From Hyphomicrobiaceae bacterium (GTDB lineage Bacteria; Pseudomonadota; Alphaproteobacteria; Rhizobiales; Hyphomicrobiaceae), in contig DATBGH010000030.1 of assembly GCA_036558085.1 (NCBI GenBank), forward strand, positions 146,512-178,511: a DNA stretch of 32,000 nt. Direction: 5' to 3'. Positions 24,124-32,000 of the stretch are shown here, one piece after another. The position numbers and the translations under genes were made by a program. Every line of letters begins with the position of its first letter. The first letter of the stretch is position 1. Below the pieces are notes generated by a model. The model worked only from the letters and a program-made list of their open reading frames with translations, did not search any database and was not told where the DNA came from.

Positions 24124-25545
24124 TTACACGTGGATCACGCGTCCGAACGCATCGAGCACGCTCTCGTGCATGGTCTCCGATAGCGTCGGATGCGGGAAGA
24201 CCGCGTGCATCAGATCCTCCTCAGTGGTCTCAAGCTGCATAGCGATGACAAAGCCCTGGATCAGTTCGGTGACCTCGGCACCCACCATGTGGGCGCCCAG
24301 CAGCTGACCTGTTGCGCCATCGAAGATGGTCTTGGTCAGCCCCTGGTCCTCCCCTAACGCGATGGCCTTGCCGTTCCCGATGAAGGGAAAGCGACCGACC
24401 TTGACCTTGCGGCCCTGCGCCTTGGCTGCCGTCTCGGTCAGCCCCACACTCGCGATTTGTGGCGCGCAATAGGTGCAGCTTGGGATCTTCAGCTTGTCGA
24501 GGGCCTGCGGTCTGAGCCCCTTGATGGCTTCCACGCAGATTACCCCCTCGTGTTCACCCTTGTGTGCCAACATCGGCGGCCCGGCCACGTCGCCGATGGC
24601 ATAGATGCCAGGCACGTTGGTTCGGCCATGACCATCGATGAGGATGGTCCCGCGCTCGGTCTTTACGCCGAGCCGCTCCAGGCCGAGATTCTCGACGTTG
24701 CCGACCACACCAACGGCGGAGATGACGCGCTCCACGGCGCGTGTGAGCGTGCCGCCCTTGCCGTCCTCGATGGTGGCTTTGACGCCGTCGCCACCCTTGT
24801 CGAGCTTCAACACCCGGGCACCGGTCATGATCTTGATCCCCTGCCGCTCGAAGCTTTTGCGGGCAAAGGCCGCAATCTCCGGATCCTCCACGGGCAGGAT
24901 CTGAGGCAGTACTTCGACAACTGTGACCTCGGCGCCCAGTGTACGAAAGAACGAAGCAAACTCGATGCCAATGGCCCCCGAGCCGATCACGAGCAGCGAT
25001 TTCGGCACGGACGGTGGCACCATCGCCTCGAAATAGGTCCAGACAAGTTTCTTGTCTGGCTCAAGGCCGGGCAGAACGCGCGGGCGTGCGCCGGTGGCGA
25101 GAATGATGTGCTTTGCCTGGTAAGCGCCAGGGCCTAGCGCACCCTTGGGTGCCGCACGTGCCGAAGCCTTGACCGAAACCTTGCCGGGTGCCTCGATGCT
25201 CGCTTCACCCCAGATCACGGCGATCTTGTTCTTCTTCATTAGGAAGTCGACGCCACTGTTGAGCCGGCCGGCGACCCGGCGCGAGCGGTCGACCACTGCC
25301 TTGGCATCAAAGCCGACCTTCTCCGCAGTGAGGCCGTAAGCATTAGCGTGCTGCAGGTAATGAAATATTTCTGCCGAACGCAGCAACGCCTTGGTCGGAA
25401 TGCAGCCCCAGTTGAGACAGATGCCGCCGAGGTAATCGCGCTCGACGATGGCCGTCTTAAAGCCCAGCTGGCTCGCGCGGATCGCGGCAACGTAACCGCC
25501 CGGACCGGCGCCGATGATGATGATGTCGTAGCTTTCTTCCGCCAT
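24124..25545 (-). CDS. lpdA: Dihydrolipoyl dehydrogenase (E3 of the pyruvate dehydrogenase complex)
   Basis: Trimmed to the ATG at complement 25543-25545: MAEESYDIIIIGAGPGGYVAAIRASQLGFKTAIVERDYLGGICLNWGCIPTKALL (FAD fold plus redox-active CxxxxC). C-terminal HAHPTLSE-type motif (FPHPTLSETMHE). Confidence 0.9.
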   Translation of the reverse strand: MAEESYDIIIIGAGPGGYVAAIRASQLGFKTAIVERDYLGGICLNWGCIPTKALLRSAEIFHYLQHANAYGLTAEKVGFDAKAVVDRSRRVAGRLNSGVDFLMKKNKIAVIWGEASIEAPGKVSVKASARAAPKGALGPGAYQAKHIILATGARPRVLPGLEPDKKLVWTYFEAMVPPSVPKSLLVIGSGAIGIEFASFFRTLGAEVTVVEVLPQILPVEDPEIAAFARKSFERQGIKIMTGARVLKLDKGGDGVKATIEDGKGGTLTRAVERVISAVGVVGNVENLGLERLGVKTERGTILIDGHGRTNVPGIYAIGDVAGPPMLAHKGEHEGVICVEAIKGLRPQALDKLKIPSCTYCAPQIASVGLTETAAKAQGRKVKVGRFPFIGNGKAIALGEDQGLTKTIFDGATGQLLGAHMVGAEVTELIQGFVIAMQLETTEEDLMHAVFPHPTLSETMHESVLDAFGRVIHV

Positions 25546-25569
25546 GGGAGAAGGTGCTCTTGCCGCCAA

Positions 25570-25591
25570 GCATGGCCTACAAAAGCCATGC
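25570..25591 (-). other. Hairpin GCAUGGC-N8-GCCAUGC, 24 nt upstream of the lpdA start
   Basis: 7-bp perfect stem read directly from sequence. Confidence 0.4.
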
Positions 25592-25655
25592 CCTCCCATT
25601 CAACCGGTTTCGCGGCCTTTGCGCAAAGCGGATGGTGTGGCTGGGGGAGGAGAGC

Positions 25656-25979
25656 TCAGGCGTGGCAACGCGCGCCCAGGTATTGGTTGAGGAGCAAGTT
25701 GTAGCGGTCAACATCGGTCTTGTCTTTAGGGGAAAGCTTCTTGCCAGCGCTCGCAGCCTCGACCTTGGCCTGGGTGCCCTTGTGATCGAGCGAATCGAGC
25801 TCCGCCCGGATCGAGCCGCACGTCTGCCCCGGGGCCAGGGACGTTGCGCCCGGGTCGCCGCCGCCGAAATTGTCCCCCTCCGCGCACCCGGCGAGCGCGG
25901 CAACGGCTACCGCCGCGGCCACAGATAAGACCGTCCTCGACGCCGTCCGGCTCACCGCTGCTCCCCTTATTCCCTGCAT
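25656..25979 (-). CDS. Small lipoprotein (lipobox LAGC), paralog of the next gene
   Basis: MQGIRGAAVSRTASRTVLSVAAAVAVAALAG|C, then AEGDNF... The mature part has two further Cys separated by exactly 50 residues. The start is uncertain (track start at 26003). Confidence 0.6.
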   Translation of the reverse strand: MQGIRGAAVSRTASRTVLSVAAAVAVAALAGCAEGDNFGGGDPGATSLAPGQTCGSIRAELDSLDHKGTQAKVEAASAGKKLSPKDKTDVDRYNLLLNQYLGARCHA

Positions 25980-26207
25980 GTGCCGCCAGCCCTTACGAAA
26001 CACAATGCTTTGGCCTTTTCAACTGTTGTGCGCGGGAGTGTGACCGGCTTGCAGCATCACAACCCCCGCACGCCGCTAGGGCAAGGGGTCCAAGCAGCTC
26101 CGGCGCTCGATCTACCCCGCCATGACAACCGACCAGACGGTCATATATGCCAAGGGCGGCCCTTTGAGCCTACGCTGAAACGCGTCCACCTTGCGAGGCT
26201 AGTTCGG

Positions 26208-26615
26208 CTATGGAGTTGCAGCGCTCGCAGCCTTCGGCGACGCCTTCTTTGGCGCCGGCGATGGCGGCGGCTCGGGCACCGGGTCGGCCGTCGCCGACTT
26301 CGGCATGATCGTCGAGCACCGCAGCTGGAAGTCGGCGTTGGCCTTGGTGAGCTGGTCGGCCTTGTTCAGATCCGACTGGGTCATCTTGTATTTTTTGGCG
26401 GCCGCTTTTTCAATCTTTTCGGCGACGCCCTCTTTGCGCAACGCTTCAATGCGCGAAGCAAGCGTTACGCACATCGGGTCGAGTTTGGCCTCCGCGGAGG
26501 TGCCGAGGGCGCCGGTGGTGAAAAAATTCTCGCCGTCGGCAGCGCATCCTGCCAGCGCCATAGCCACGCCCGCGAGGGCCAGCGCCTTCGCGGCGGCACG
26601 AATCATGGAAGACAT
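26208..26615 (-). CDS. Small lipoprotein (lipobox LAGC) with Pro/Ala-rich tail
   Basis: Trimmed to the ATG at complement 26613-26615, with GGGGGTG upstream. MSSMIRAAAKALALAGVAMALAG|C, then AADGENFF... C-x50-C as in its neighbour. C-terminal PVPEPPPSPAPKKASPKAASAATP. Confidence 0.65.
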   Translation of the reverse strand: MSSMIRAAAKALALAGVAMALAGCAADGENFFTTGALGTSAEAKLDPMCVTLASRIEALRKEGVAEKIEKAAAKKYKMTQSDLNKADQLTKANADFQLRCSTIMPKSATADPVPEPPPSPAPKKASPKAASAATP

Positions 26616-26839
26616 GGCAACACCCCCGAATAGCGTTGTGGCGGTTGAGCGTACGCCTCGCTCTTTACAATTCTTCTTGTACTTCCGACTCTTATTCCCG
26701 AATGTCAGCATCTGCAAGCTCAAGGCAAGCATTGCGCCGCAACTTCTTCAGCAAAAATGGGCGGAATCTGTGGACGAGGCGGCAACGGTGGCCAGACCGC
26801 CACGCCGGCATGATCCGCGACTTCACGCGCTGGGCCGGC

Positions 26840-28261
26840 TCACGCCAGCATGCGCACGGGTTCCTCGATCAGCATCTTAAAGGCATTGAGCAGCTCGGCG
26901 CCAACCGCCCCATCCACCACGCGATGATCCCCAGACAGCGTGCATGACATCAAGGTGGCCACCTCGACACGGTCGTTGTCCGCGATCGGCCGCTTCTCGC
27001 CTGTCCCGATGGCGAGGATGGTGGCGTGCGGAGGGTTGATAACGGCCTCAAACGTCTTGATCCCATACATGCCAAGGTTGGAGATGGAGGTGGTGCCTCC
27101 CTGATACTCGTGCGGCGCCAGCCGGCGCTTGCGTGCGCGCTCGGCCAAGTCTTTCATTTCGTTGGATATTTCCGAAAGCGACTTGGCTTCGGCATGGCGC
27201 ACGATAGGGGTGAAGAGGCCACCCTCGATCGCCACCGCGACACCGACGTCGGCGTACCTGTGGCGCAGCGTGCCCCCCTCCGTCCAGGTCACATTGGCGG
27301 CCGGCACCTGGAGGAGAGCCAGCGCCAGCGCCTTGATCACGAAGTCATTGACGGAAAGCTTGAATGCGCGCGGGCCGGATTTGGGTGCGCTGGCATTCAT
27401 CTGCGCGCGGGCATGCAGCAGGTTATCAATGCGGCATTCGACGGTCAGATAAAAGTGCGGGATCGTCTGCTTGGCCAGGGTAAGCCGTTGGGCAATCACC
27501 TTGCGCATGCCGTCGTGGGGAACGACCTCGTAGGAGCCCTTGGCGTAGAGCGCGAGGATCTTGTCATCAGGCATCGATTGCGCCAGGGCCTGTGCGGGCA
27601 CCGCCGCAACGGCGGTTCCAGGCTTGGCCCCGGCCGGCGCGCTACCGTCCCTCAGGGCCGCCTCCACGTCGCGACGGATGATGCGCCCGCGCGGACCCGA
27701 ACCCTTCAGCCTGGCCACGTCGACCCCCAACTCGCGGGCCAAGCGACGCGCGAGCGGCGATGCGAAAATGCGACCATGACCGTTAGCCTCAGGGGAGAGA
27801 CCCCGTGGTTCGTCACCCCTGCGCGCTTGCCCCCGGCCCGCCCCGGAAGCGGACAAGGGTGGCGGCGCGGGCGCCGGTTGCATTCCCGCCCCAGGTCCGT
27901 CCCCTGCCACACGACCCGGTGAGGCAGACGCGCGCGCTTGCCCTTCCCGTTGCGCCGGCATTTTAGGGGCCGTGGTGGCCTTGGGCGGCGTGGCCGCGAC
28001 GGCCGCCCCTGGGCCCTCGCCCTCGGAGAGCAGCGTGGCAATCGGGGTGTTCACCTTCACACCCTCAGTCCCCTCCGGCACGAGGATCTTGCCGAGTGTC
28101 CCCTCGTCGGCAGCCTCCACCTCCATTGTCGCCTTGTCGGTCTCAATTTCCGCGATGACATCCCCGGCCTTGATGGTCTGGCCCTCCTTGACCAGCCACT
28201 TGGCGAGTTTGCCCTCCTCCATGGTGGGCGACAGCGCAGGCATCAGGATCTCGTTTGGCAT
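26840..28261 (-). CDS. pdhC: Dihydrolipoamide acetyltransferase (E2 of the pyruvate dehydrogenase complex)
   Basis: 473 aa. Lipoyl domain [44 protein letters not shown], Pro/Ala linker, E3-binding [16 protein letters not shown], and catalytic ...[17 protein letters not shown]. Confidence 0.9.
   Translation of the reverse strand: MPNEILMPALSPTMEEGKLAKWLVKEGQTIKAGDVIAEIETDKATMEVEAADEGTLGKILVPEGTEGVKVNTPIATLLSEGEGPGAAVAATPPKATTAPKMPAQREGQARASASPGRVAGDGPGAGMQPAPAPPPLSASGAGRGQARRGDEPRGLSPEANGHGRIFASPLARRLARELGVDVARLKGSGPRGRIIRRDVEAALRDGSAPAGAKPGTAVAAVPAQALAQSMPDDKILALYAKGSYEVVPHDGMRKVIAQRLTLAKQTIPHFYLTVECRIDNLLHARAQMNASAPKSGPRAFKLSVNDFVIKALALALLQVPAANVTWTEGGTLRHRYADVGVAVAIEGGLFTPIVRHAEAKSLSEISNEMKDLAERARKRRLAPHEYQGGTTSISNLGMYGIKTFEAVINPPHATILAIGTGEKRPIADNDRVEVATLMSCTLSGDHRVVDGAVGAELLNAFKMLIEEPVRMLA
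28038..28261 (-). repeat. Lipoyl-domain DNA repeat, copy in pdhC
   Basis: The first ~224 nt of pdhC and pdhB align without gaps. I count 18 mismatches in the first ~160 nt, with identical runs of 29 nt (GCGCTGTCGCCCACCATGGAGGAGGGCAA) and 23 nt (GTGAAGGTGAACACCCCGATTGC). Confidence 0.85.
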
Positions 28262-28281
28262 GCTGCTCTCTCGAGAGTGCC

Positions 28282-28302
28282 CGAGGGGGAAGCACCCCCT
28301 CG
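28282..28302 (-). promoter_or_regulatory. Hairpin CGAGGGGG-UGCUU-CCCCCUCG ending exactly 20 nt upstream of the pdhC AUG
   Basis: 8-bp perfect stem read directly from sequence. The spacer 28262-28281 is 20 nt. Confidence 0.5.
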
Positions 28303-28449
28303 CCTCTTCACGATGGGGTGGGTCTCAAAGTTTGGACGCAGCCTCAAGCCAGATAACTTCGGTTGGCGTCATATCGCTGCACTGCTCGCAGCGGGCGTCC
28401 TCCGGCTCGGGTCGTCCCAACCTCGCGCCCCACCCTGGTGTCGTTTGCA

Positions 28450-29859
28450 TCAGCCTGCATAGCACACGGACTTGACCGCCTCGACGACCTGCGCGGCGTT
28501 CGGCAGTGCCAGGCGCTCCAGGTTAGCGGCGTAGGGCATGGGAACGTCAGCACCGGATATTTTGGCCGGCGGCGCATCCAAATAGTCGAAGGCCTCAATT
28601 GCCACCCGAGCACAAATCTCAGAGCCCACCGAGCACACGGGCCAAGCCTCCTCGACTGTCACCAGACGGTTGGTCCTCTTCACCGATTCCAAGACCGTCG
28701 CAAGGTCAAGCGGCCGTAGCGAGCGCAGATCGATCACCTCCGCCTCGATACCCTCGCCCGCCAGCTGCTCAGCCGCTTCGAGCGCATAGACCATGCCGCG
28801 CGCGAACGAGACGATGGTGGCGTGGCTGCCCGACCGCGCCACGCGCGCCTTGCCGATGGGCACGATCCACTCCCCCTTCGGGACAGGACCATGTGCGCCG
28901 TAGAGGATCTCGTTCTCGAGCACCAACACGGGATTGGGATCGCGTATGGCGGATTTGAGCAGGCCCTTGGCGTCGGCCGGATTGGATGGCGCCACCACCT
29001 TGAGACCCGGCACATGCGCATACCAGGCCGAGTAGCACTGGCTGTGCTGGGCGGCCACACGTGCAGCCGCACCGTTGGGCCCGCGAAACACGATTGGGCA
29101 ACCCATCTGCCCACCCGACATGTAGAGGGTCTTGGCCGCCGAGTTGACGATTTGGTCGATCGCCTGCATGGCGAAGTTCCAGGTCATGAACTCGACAATG
29201 GGGCGCAAGCCGGCCATGGCAGCGCCGACGCCAATACCGGCAAATCCCTGCTCTGTGATGGGAGTGTCGATCACCCGCTTGGGGCCAAATTCCTCAAGCA
29301 AGCCCTGGCTGATCTTGTAGGCACCCTGGTATTGGGCCACCTCCTCGCCCATCAGGAACACGTTGGCATCGCGCCGCATCTCTTCCGCCATGGCGTCGCG
29401 CAAGGCCTCGCGCATGGTCTGCGTGATCATCTCCGTGCCGGGAGCGATCGCCGGCTCCGCCGGCGGCCGAGCTGCGGGCGAGGCTGGCACCCGTCCGGCC
29501 GGCGCACCTGGAAGCGAAGTGTGGGCGCTCGAGGATTCGGGACCTGGAGATTGGGTGGCCGAAGGCTTGGAGGCCGAAGGTTTGGGCGCGGTCGCGCTTT
29601 TGGGCGGCGCGGCGCCACCTTCGCCGTCGAGCACCGCAATCGGGGTGTTCACCTTCACGCCTTCGGTGCCTTCTGCCACCAGCAGCTTGGACACCTTGCC
29701 CTCGTCCGAGGCCTCAACCTCCATCGTCGCCTTGTCGGTCTCAATCTCGGCAATGACATCCCCGGCCTTGACGGTCTGGCCTTCCTCAACCAACCACTTG
29801 GCGAGCTTGCCCTCCTCCATGGTGGGCGACAGCGCGGGCATCAAGATCTCGGTCGGCAT
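28450..29859 (-). CDS. pdhB: Pyruvate dehydrogenase E1 beta subunit with N-terminal lipoyl domain
   Basis: 469 aa. A lipoyl domain and Pro/Ala linker precede the transketolase-like beta subunit ([34 protein letters not shown]...). This fusion is typical of alphaproteobacteria. Confidence 0.9.
   Translation of the reverse strand: MPTEILMPALSPTMEEGKLAKWLVEEGQTVKAGDVIAEIETDKATMEVEASDEGKVSKLLVAEGTEGVKVNTPIAVLDGEGGAAPPKSATAPKPSASKPSATQSPGPESSSAHTSLPGAPAGRVPASPAARPPAEPAIAPGTEMITQTMREALRDAMAEEMRRDANVFLMGEEVAQYQGAYKISQGLLEEFGPKRVIDTPITEQGFAGIGVGAAMAGLRPIVEFMTWNFAMQAIDQIVNSAAKTLYMSGGQMGCPIVFRGPNGAAARVAAQHSQCYSAWYAHVPGLKVVAPSNPADAKGLLKSAIRDPNPVLVLENEILYGAHGPVPKGEWIVPIGKARVARSGSHATIVSFARGMVYALEAAEQLAGEGIEAEVIDLRSLRPLDLATVLESVKRTNRLVTVEEAWPVCSVGSEICARVAIEAFDYLDAPPAKISGADVPMPYAANLERLALPNAAQVVEAVKSVCYAG
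29636..29859 (-). repeat. Lipoyl-domain DNA repeat, copy in pdhB
   Basis: See the copy at 28038-28261. Confidence 0.85.
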
Positions 29860-29863
29860 TTCC

Positions 29864-30187
29864 TCAGGTCTCTTCGTTGGAGGGGCAAACCCCTCGATCC
29901 ATCCATGAACTGATGCGCTCCGGCCAACTCTCTATGGCTCTCTGAGCGGCCTCCCGCCAGGTCGTGTCCAGCAACTTTCCCGAGTTGCGCCCGCCCGATT
30001 GGCGACAACCGCGTCCTGGCGCGTGGATGGGCAAAACCCAATCCTTTAGTGCGCTGGCCAGCAACGCGTCTTCGGCACGGCCGCAAGCGCCAACCGACGC
30101 GCTTGTGCCCGGTGCTCGTGTGCGGGCTGCCGCCTGGGCAATCTGGCACGCCGACAGAGGCCCCATTCTGGCTCGCAATGCCTCCAC
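29864..30187 (-). CDS. Doubtful 107-aa ORF filling the pdhA-pdhB spacer
   Basis: GTG start with AGGAGGA 11 nt upstream. The stop is 4 nt before the pdhB ATG. By hand count third-position GC is about 70%. The translation ([27 protein letters not shown]...) is basic with no recognisable family. Confidence 0.15.
   Translation of the reverse strand: MEALRARMGPLSACQIAQAAARTRAPGTSASVGACGRAEDALLASALKDWVLPIHAPGRGCRQSGGRNSGKLLDTTWREAAQRAIESWPERISSWMDRGVCPSNEET
29880..29895 (-). promoter_or_regulatory. Hairpin GAGGGG-UUUG-CCCCUC ending exactly 20 nt upstream of the pdhB AUG
   Basis: 6-bp perfect stem. The spacer 29860-29879 is 20 nt. Same sequence type and position as the pdhC hairpin. Confidence 0.5.
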
Positions 30188-30250
30188 TTCGCGACGGGTC
30201 CTCCTCTAGATCCAGCAATCCCGCTTGCAAGCAACAAGTGCGCTGGCTCC

Positions 30251-31249
30251 TCAAGTCGGCACCAACACGTCCGTCCACAGTTCACTCTCGGCAGGCTCAT
30301 CATCATGTTGCGCGAACTCGGCAGCAGCGTTGATGATGCTGCGCACCTCCGCATCGATGGCCTTAAGCTGATCCTCCGACACGAGCCGCGCCTCAAGCAC
30401 GCGCCGACGCACCTGCTCGATGGGATCGTGCTCCTCGCGCATCTTCTGCACCTCCTCGCGGGTGCGATATTTGGCCGGATCGGACATGGAGTGGCCGCGA
30501 TATCGATAGGTGAGCATTTCCAGGATGTAGGGACCGGCACCTTCGCGCACCTGTCTCACCACGCGCGCCCCGGTCGCCTTCACGGCGCGCACGTCCATGC
30601 CGTCGACCTGTTCACCGGGGATATCGAAGGACCGACCCCGCTGCGAGAAGTCCGTGGTGGCCGCCGAGCGTTCCACCGATGTGCCCATTGCGTACTTATT
30701 GTTCTCAATGATGAACACGACCGGCAGTTTCCACAGCTTGGCCATGTTGAAGCTTTCATACACCTGACCTTGGTTGGCGGCGCCGTCGCCAAAGTAGGTG
30801 AGGCACACCCGCCCGTTGCCACGATAGCGGTTGGCAAAGGCGATACCTGCACCCAAGGGCACGTTGGCGCCGACGATGCCGTGGCCGCCGTAGAAGTTCT
30901 TTTCCTTGGAGAACATGTGCATGGAGCCACCCTTGCCCTTCGAATAGCCGCCCTGCCGGCCGGTGAGCTCCGCCATCACGCCCTTGGGGTCCATGCCGGC
31001 CGCGAGCATGTGGCCGTGATCGCGGTAGGTCGTAATCACTTCGTCGCCCGGCTCGATCGCCATTTGCATTCCCACCACCACGGCCTCCTGGCCGATGTAA
31101 AGGTGGCAGAACCCGCCGATCAGCCCCATCCCATAGAGCTGTGCGGCCCTCTCCTCGAAACGGCGGATGAGCAGCATCTGGCGATAGGCGGCAAGCTCCT
31201 CATCGCGGCTGAAGCTGGGAACCGTCTGCTGACCGTTGGGGCGGGACAT
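30251..31249 (-). CDS. pdhA: Pyruvate dehydrogenase E1 alpha subunit
   Basis: 332 aa: ...YRQMLLIRRFEERAAQLYGMGLIGGFCHLYIGQEAVVVGM...YRDHGH...GGHGIVGANVPLGAGIAFA...FGDGAANQG (TPP-binding). The leader is C-rich and lacks an obvious SD. Confidence 0.9.
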   Translation of the reverse strand: MSRPNGQQTVPSFSRDEELAAYRQMLLIRRFEERAAQLYGMGLIGGFCHLYIGQEAVVVGMQMAIEPGDEVITTYRDHGHMLAAGMDPKGVMAELTGRQGGYSKGKGGSMHMFSKEKNFYGGHGIVGANVPLGAGIAFANRYRGNGRVCLTYFGDGAANQGQVYESFNMAKLWKLPVVFIIENNKYAMGTSVERSAATTDFSQRGRSFDIPGEQVDGMDVRAVKATGARVVRQVREGAGPYILEMLTYRYRGHSMSDPAKYRTREEVQKMREEHDPIEQVRRRVLEARLVSEDQLKAIDAEVRSIINAAAEFAQHDDEPAESELWTDVLVPT

Positions 31250-31351
31250 CAGGGGGATTGGCCTTTGCAGAGAGGGGGGATGGTCGCCACGAACCGTATA
31301 GGAAACACCGCGCCAAGGCCAGCTGACGGCAAGCGCTGCTTGGGCGCAGGG

Positions 31352-31696
31352 CTAATGGGACGGCGGCAGGCGAGGCGGCACCGGGTCGGCGATCTCGGCC
31401 GGGACGACCACGACCCGGTCCCCAGGGCGCGCAAACCCCAGTACCTCAATCGCCAGCTCCTCCACAATATCCGGGTCAGCGGCGTCGATGAGGCGCACCT
31501 CCTGCTCCAGGCTGGCGCGCTGGGCCTCGAGGCGCGCGATCTCCGGCTCCAGTTGGCGAGAGCGTTCGATCAAACGACTGCGCGCCTCAAGGCCACGCTT
31601 ACCGACGATGGCGTGATAGGCGAAGTAGCCCAATCCACAGACACAGAAAAGCGACACCAGAATCTGTCGCGGCCGGCTCTTGCGCCGATCGTACAT
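31352..31696 (-). CDS. ftsB: Septum formation initiator family protein (FtsB/DivIC-like)
   Basis: Trimmed to the ATG at complement 31694-31696; the track start at 31762 is TTG. Short basic N-terminus, one TM (ILVSLFCVCGLGYFAYHAIV), coiled coil (LEPEIARLEAQRASLEQEVRLI). Its position between eno and pdhA is typical for Rhizobiales. Confidence 0.75.
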   Translation of the reverse strand: MYDRRKSRPRQILVSLFCVCGLGYFAYHAIVGKRGLEARSRLIERSRQLEPEIARLEAQRASLEQEVRLIDAADPDIVEELAIEVLGFARPGDRVVVVPAEIADPVPPRLPPSH

Positions 31697-31778
31697 GGAA
31701 ATACTTGGACGTACTTCGGGTGCGACGCGAGACCTCGTGAGGGTCCTACGGGACGATGGCAACGATATCGCGCAGCGG

Positions 31779-31793
31779 TTAAGCCCGCGTAAA
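31779..31793. promoter_or_regulatory. Near-consensus CtrA box TTAA-N7-TAAA between eno and ftsB
   Basis: One mismatch to TTAA-N7-TTAA. It could be a chance occurrence. Confidence 0.2.
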
Positions 31794-31820
31794 GAGAGCC
31801 GGCCCTAAGCGCGCCGCAGG

Positions 31821-32000
<180 letters not shown>

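Overview
High-GC alphaproteobacterial chromosome segment; gene content and synteny suggest Hyphomicrobiales/Rhizobiales. From 15.5 to 32 kb it looks like conserved core. It holds a CckA-like hybrid histidine kinase, a FliO-like gene translationally coupled to a MscK-type mechanosensitive channel, dksA, a MoxR AAA+ ATPase with no adjacent VWA partner, and a YeaQ/GlsB-type membrane protein. It also holds the minus-strand block eno-ftsB-pdhA-pdhB-pdhC-(two paralogous lipoproteins)-lpdA. From 0 to 15.5 kb the genes look accessory: a partial OYE flavin oxidoreductase, a MAPEG protein, and a CUT1-type ABC importer (binding protein plus two permeases, no ATPase gene). This half also has a secreted CE4 deacetylase, two tandem small membrane proteins behind a ~46% GC leader, and a second deacetylase-fold protein. 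A UbiD-family decarboxylase, an LLM flavin monooxygenase, a CmcJ/NvfI-like protein and a GNAT follow, then ~1.5 kb with almost no coding potential. I found no rRNA, tRNA, CRISPR array, transposase, integrase or recognisable defence or secretion system. I cannot point to a complete novel multi-gene system. The signals most worth follow-up are small. (1) A hairpin array with C-rich loops plus an intrinsic terminator just downstream of cckA, a candidate anti-Shine-Dalgarno sRNA or 3'UTR element. (2) The tandem paralogous ~75-aa two-TM proteins with an AT-rich leader and a strong intercistronic hairpin. (3) An unusually long 391-bp pdhA-pdhB spacer, and matching GAGGGG/CCCCUC hairpins exactly 20 nt upstream of both lipoyl-domain start codons. 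(4) In-frame tandem repeats directly 5' of two CDSs, and a 10-bp x3 GTTC repeat in the gene-poor stretch. (5) Two lipoproteins with identical C-x50-C spacing embedded in the PDH operon. Family calls come from motif recognition by eye; no database search was possible.
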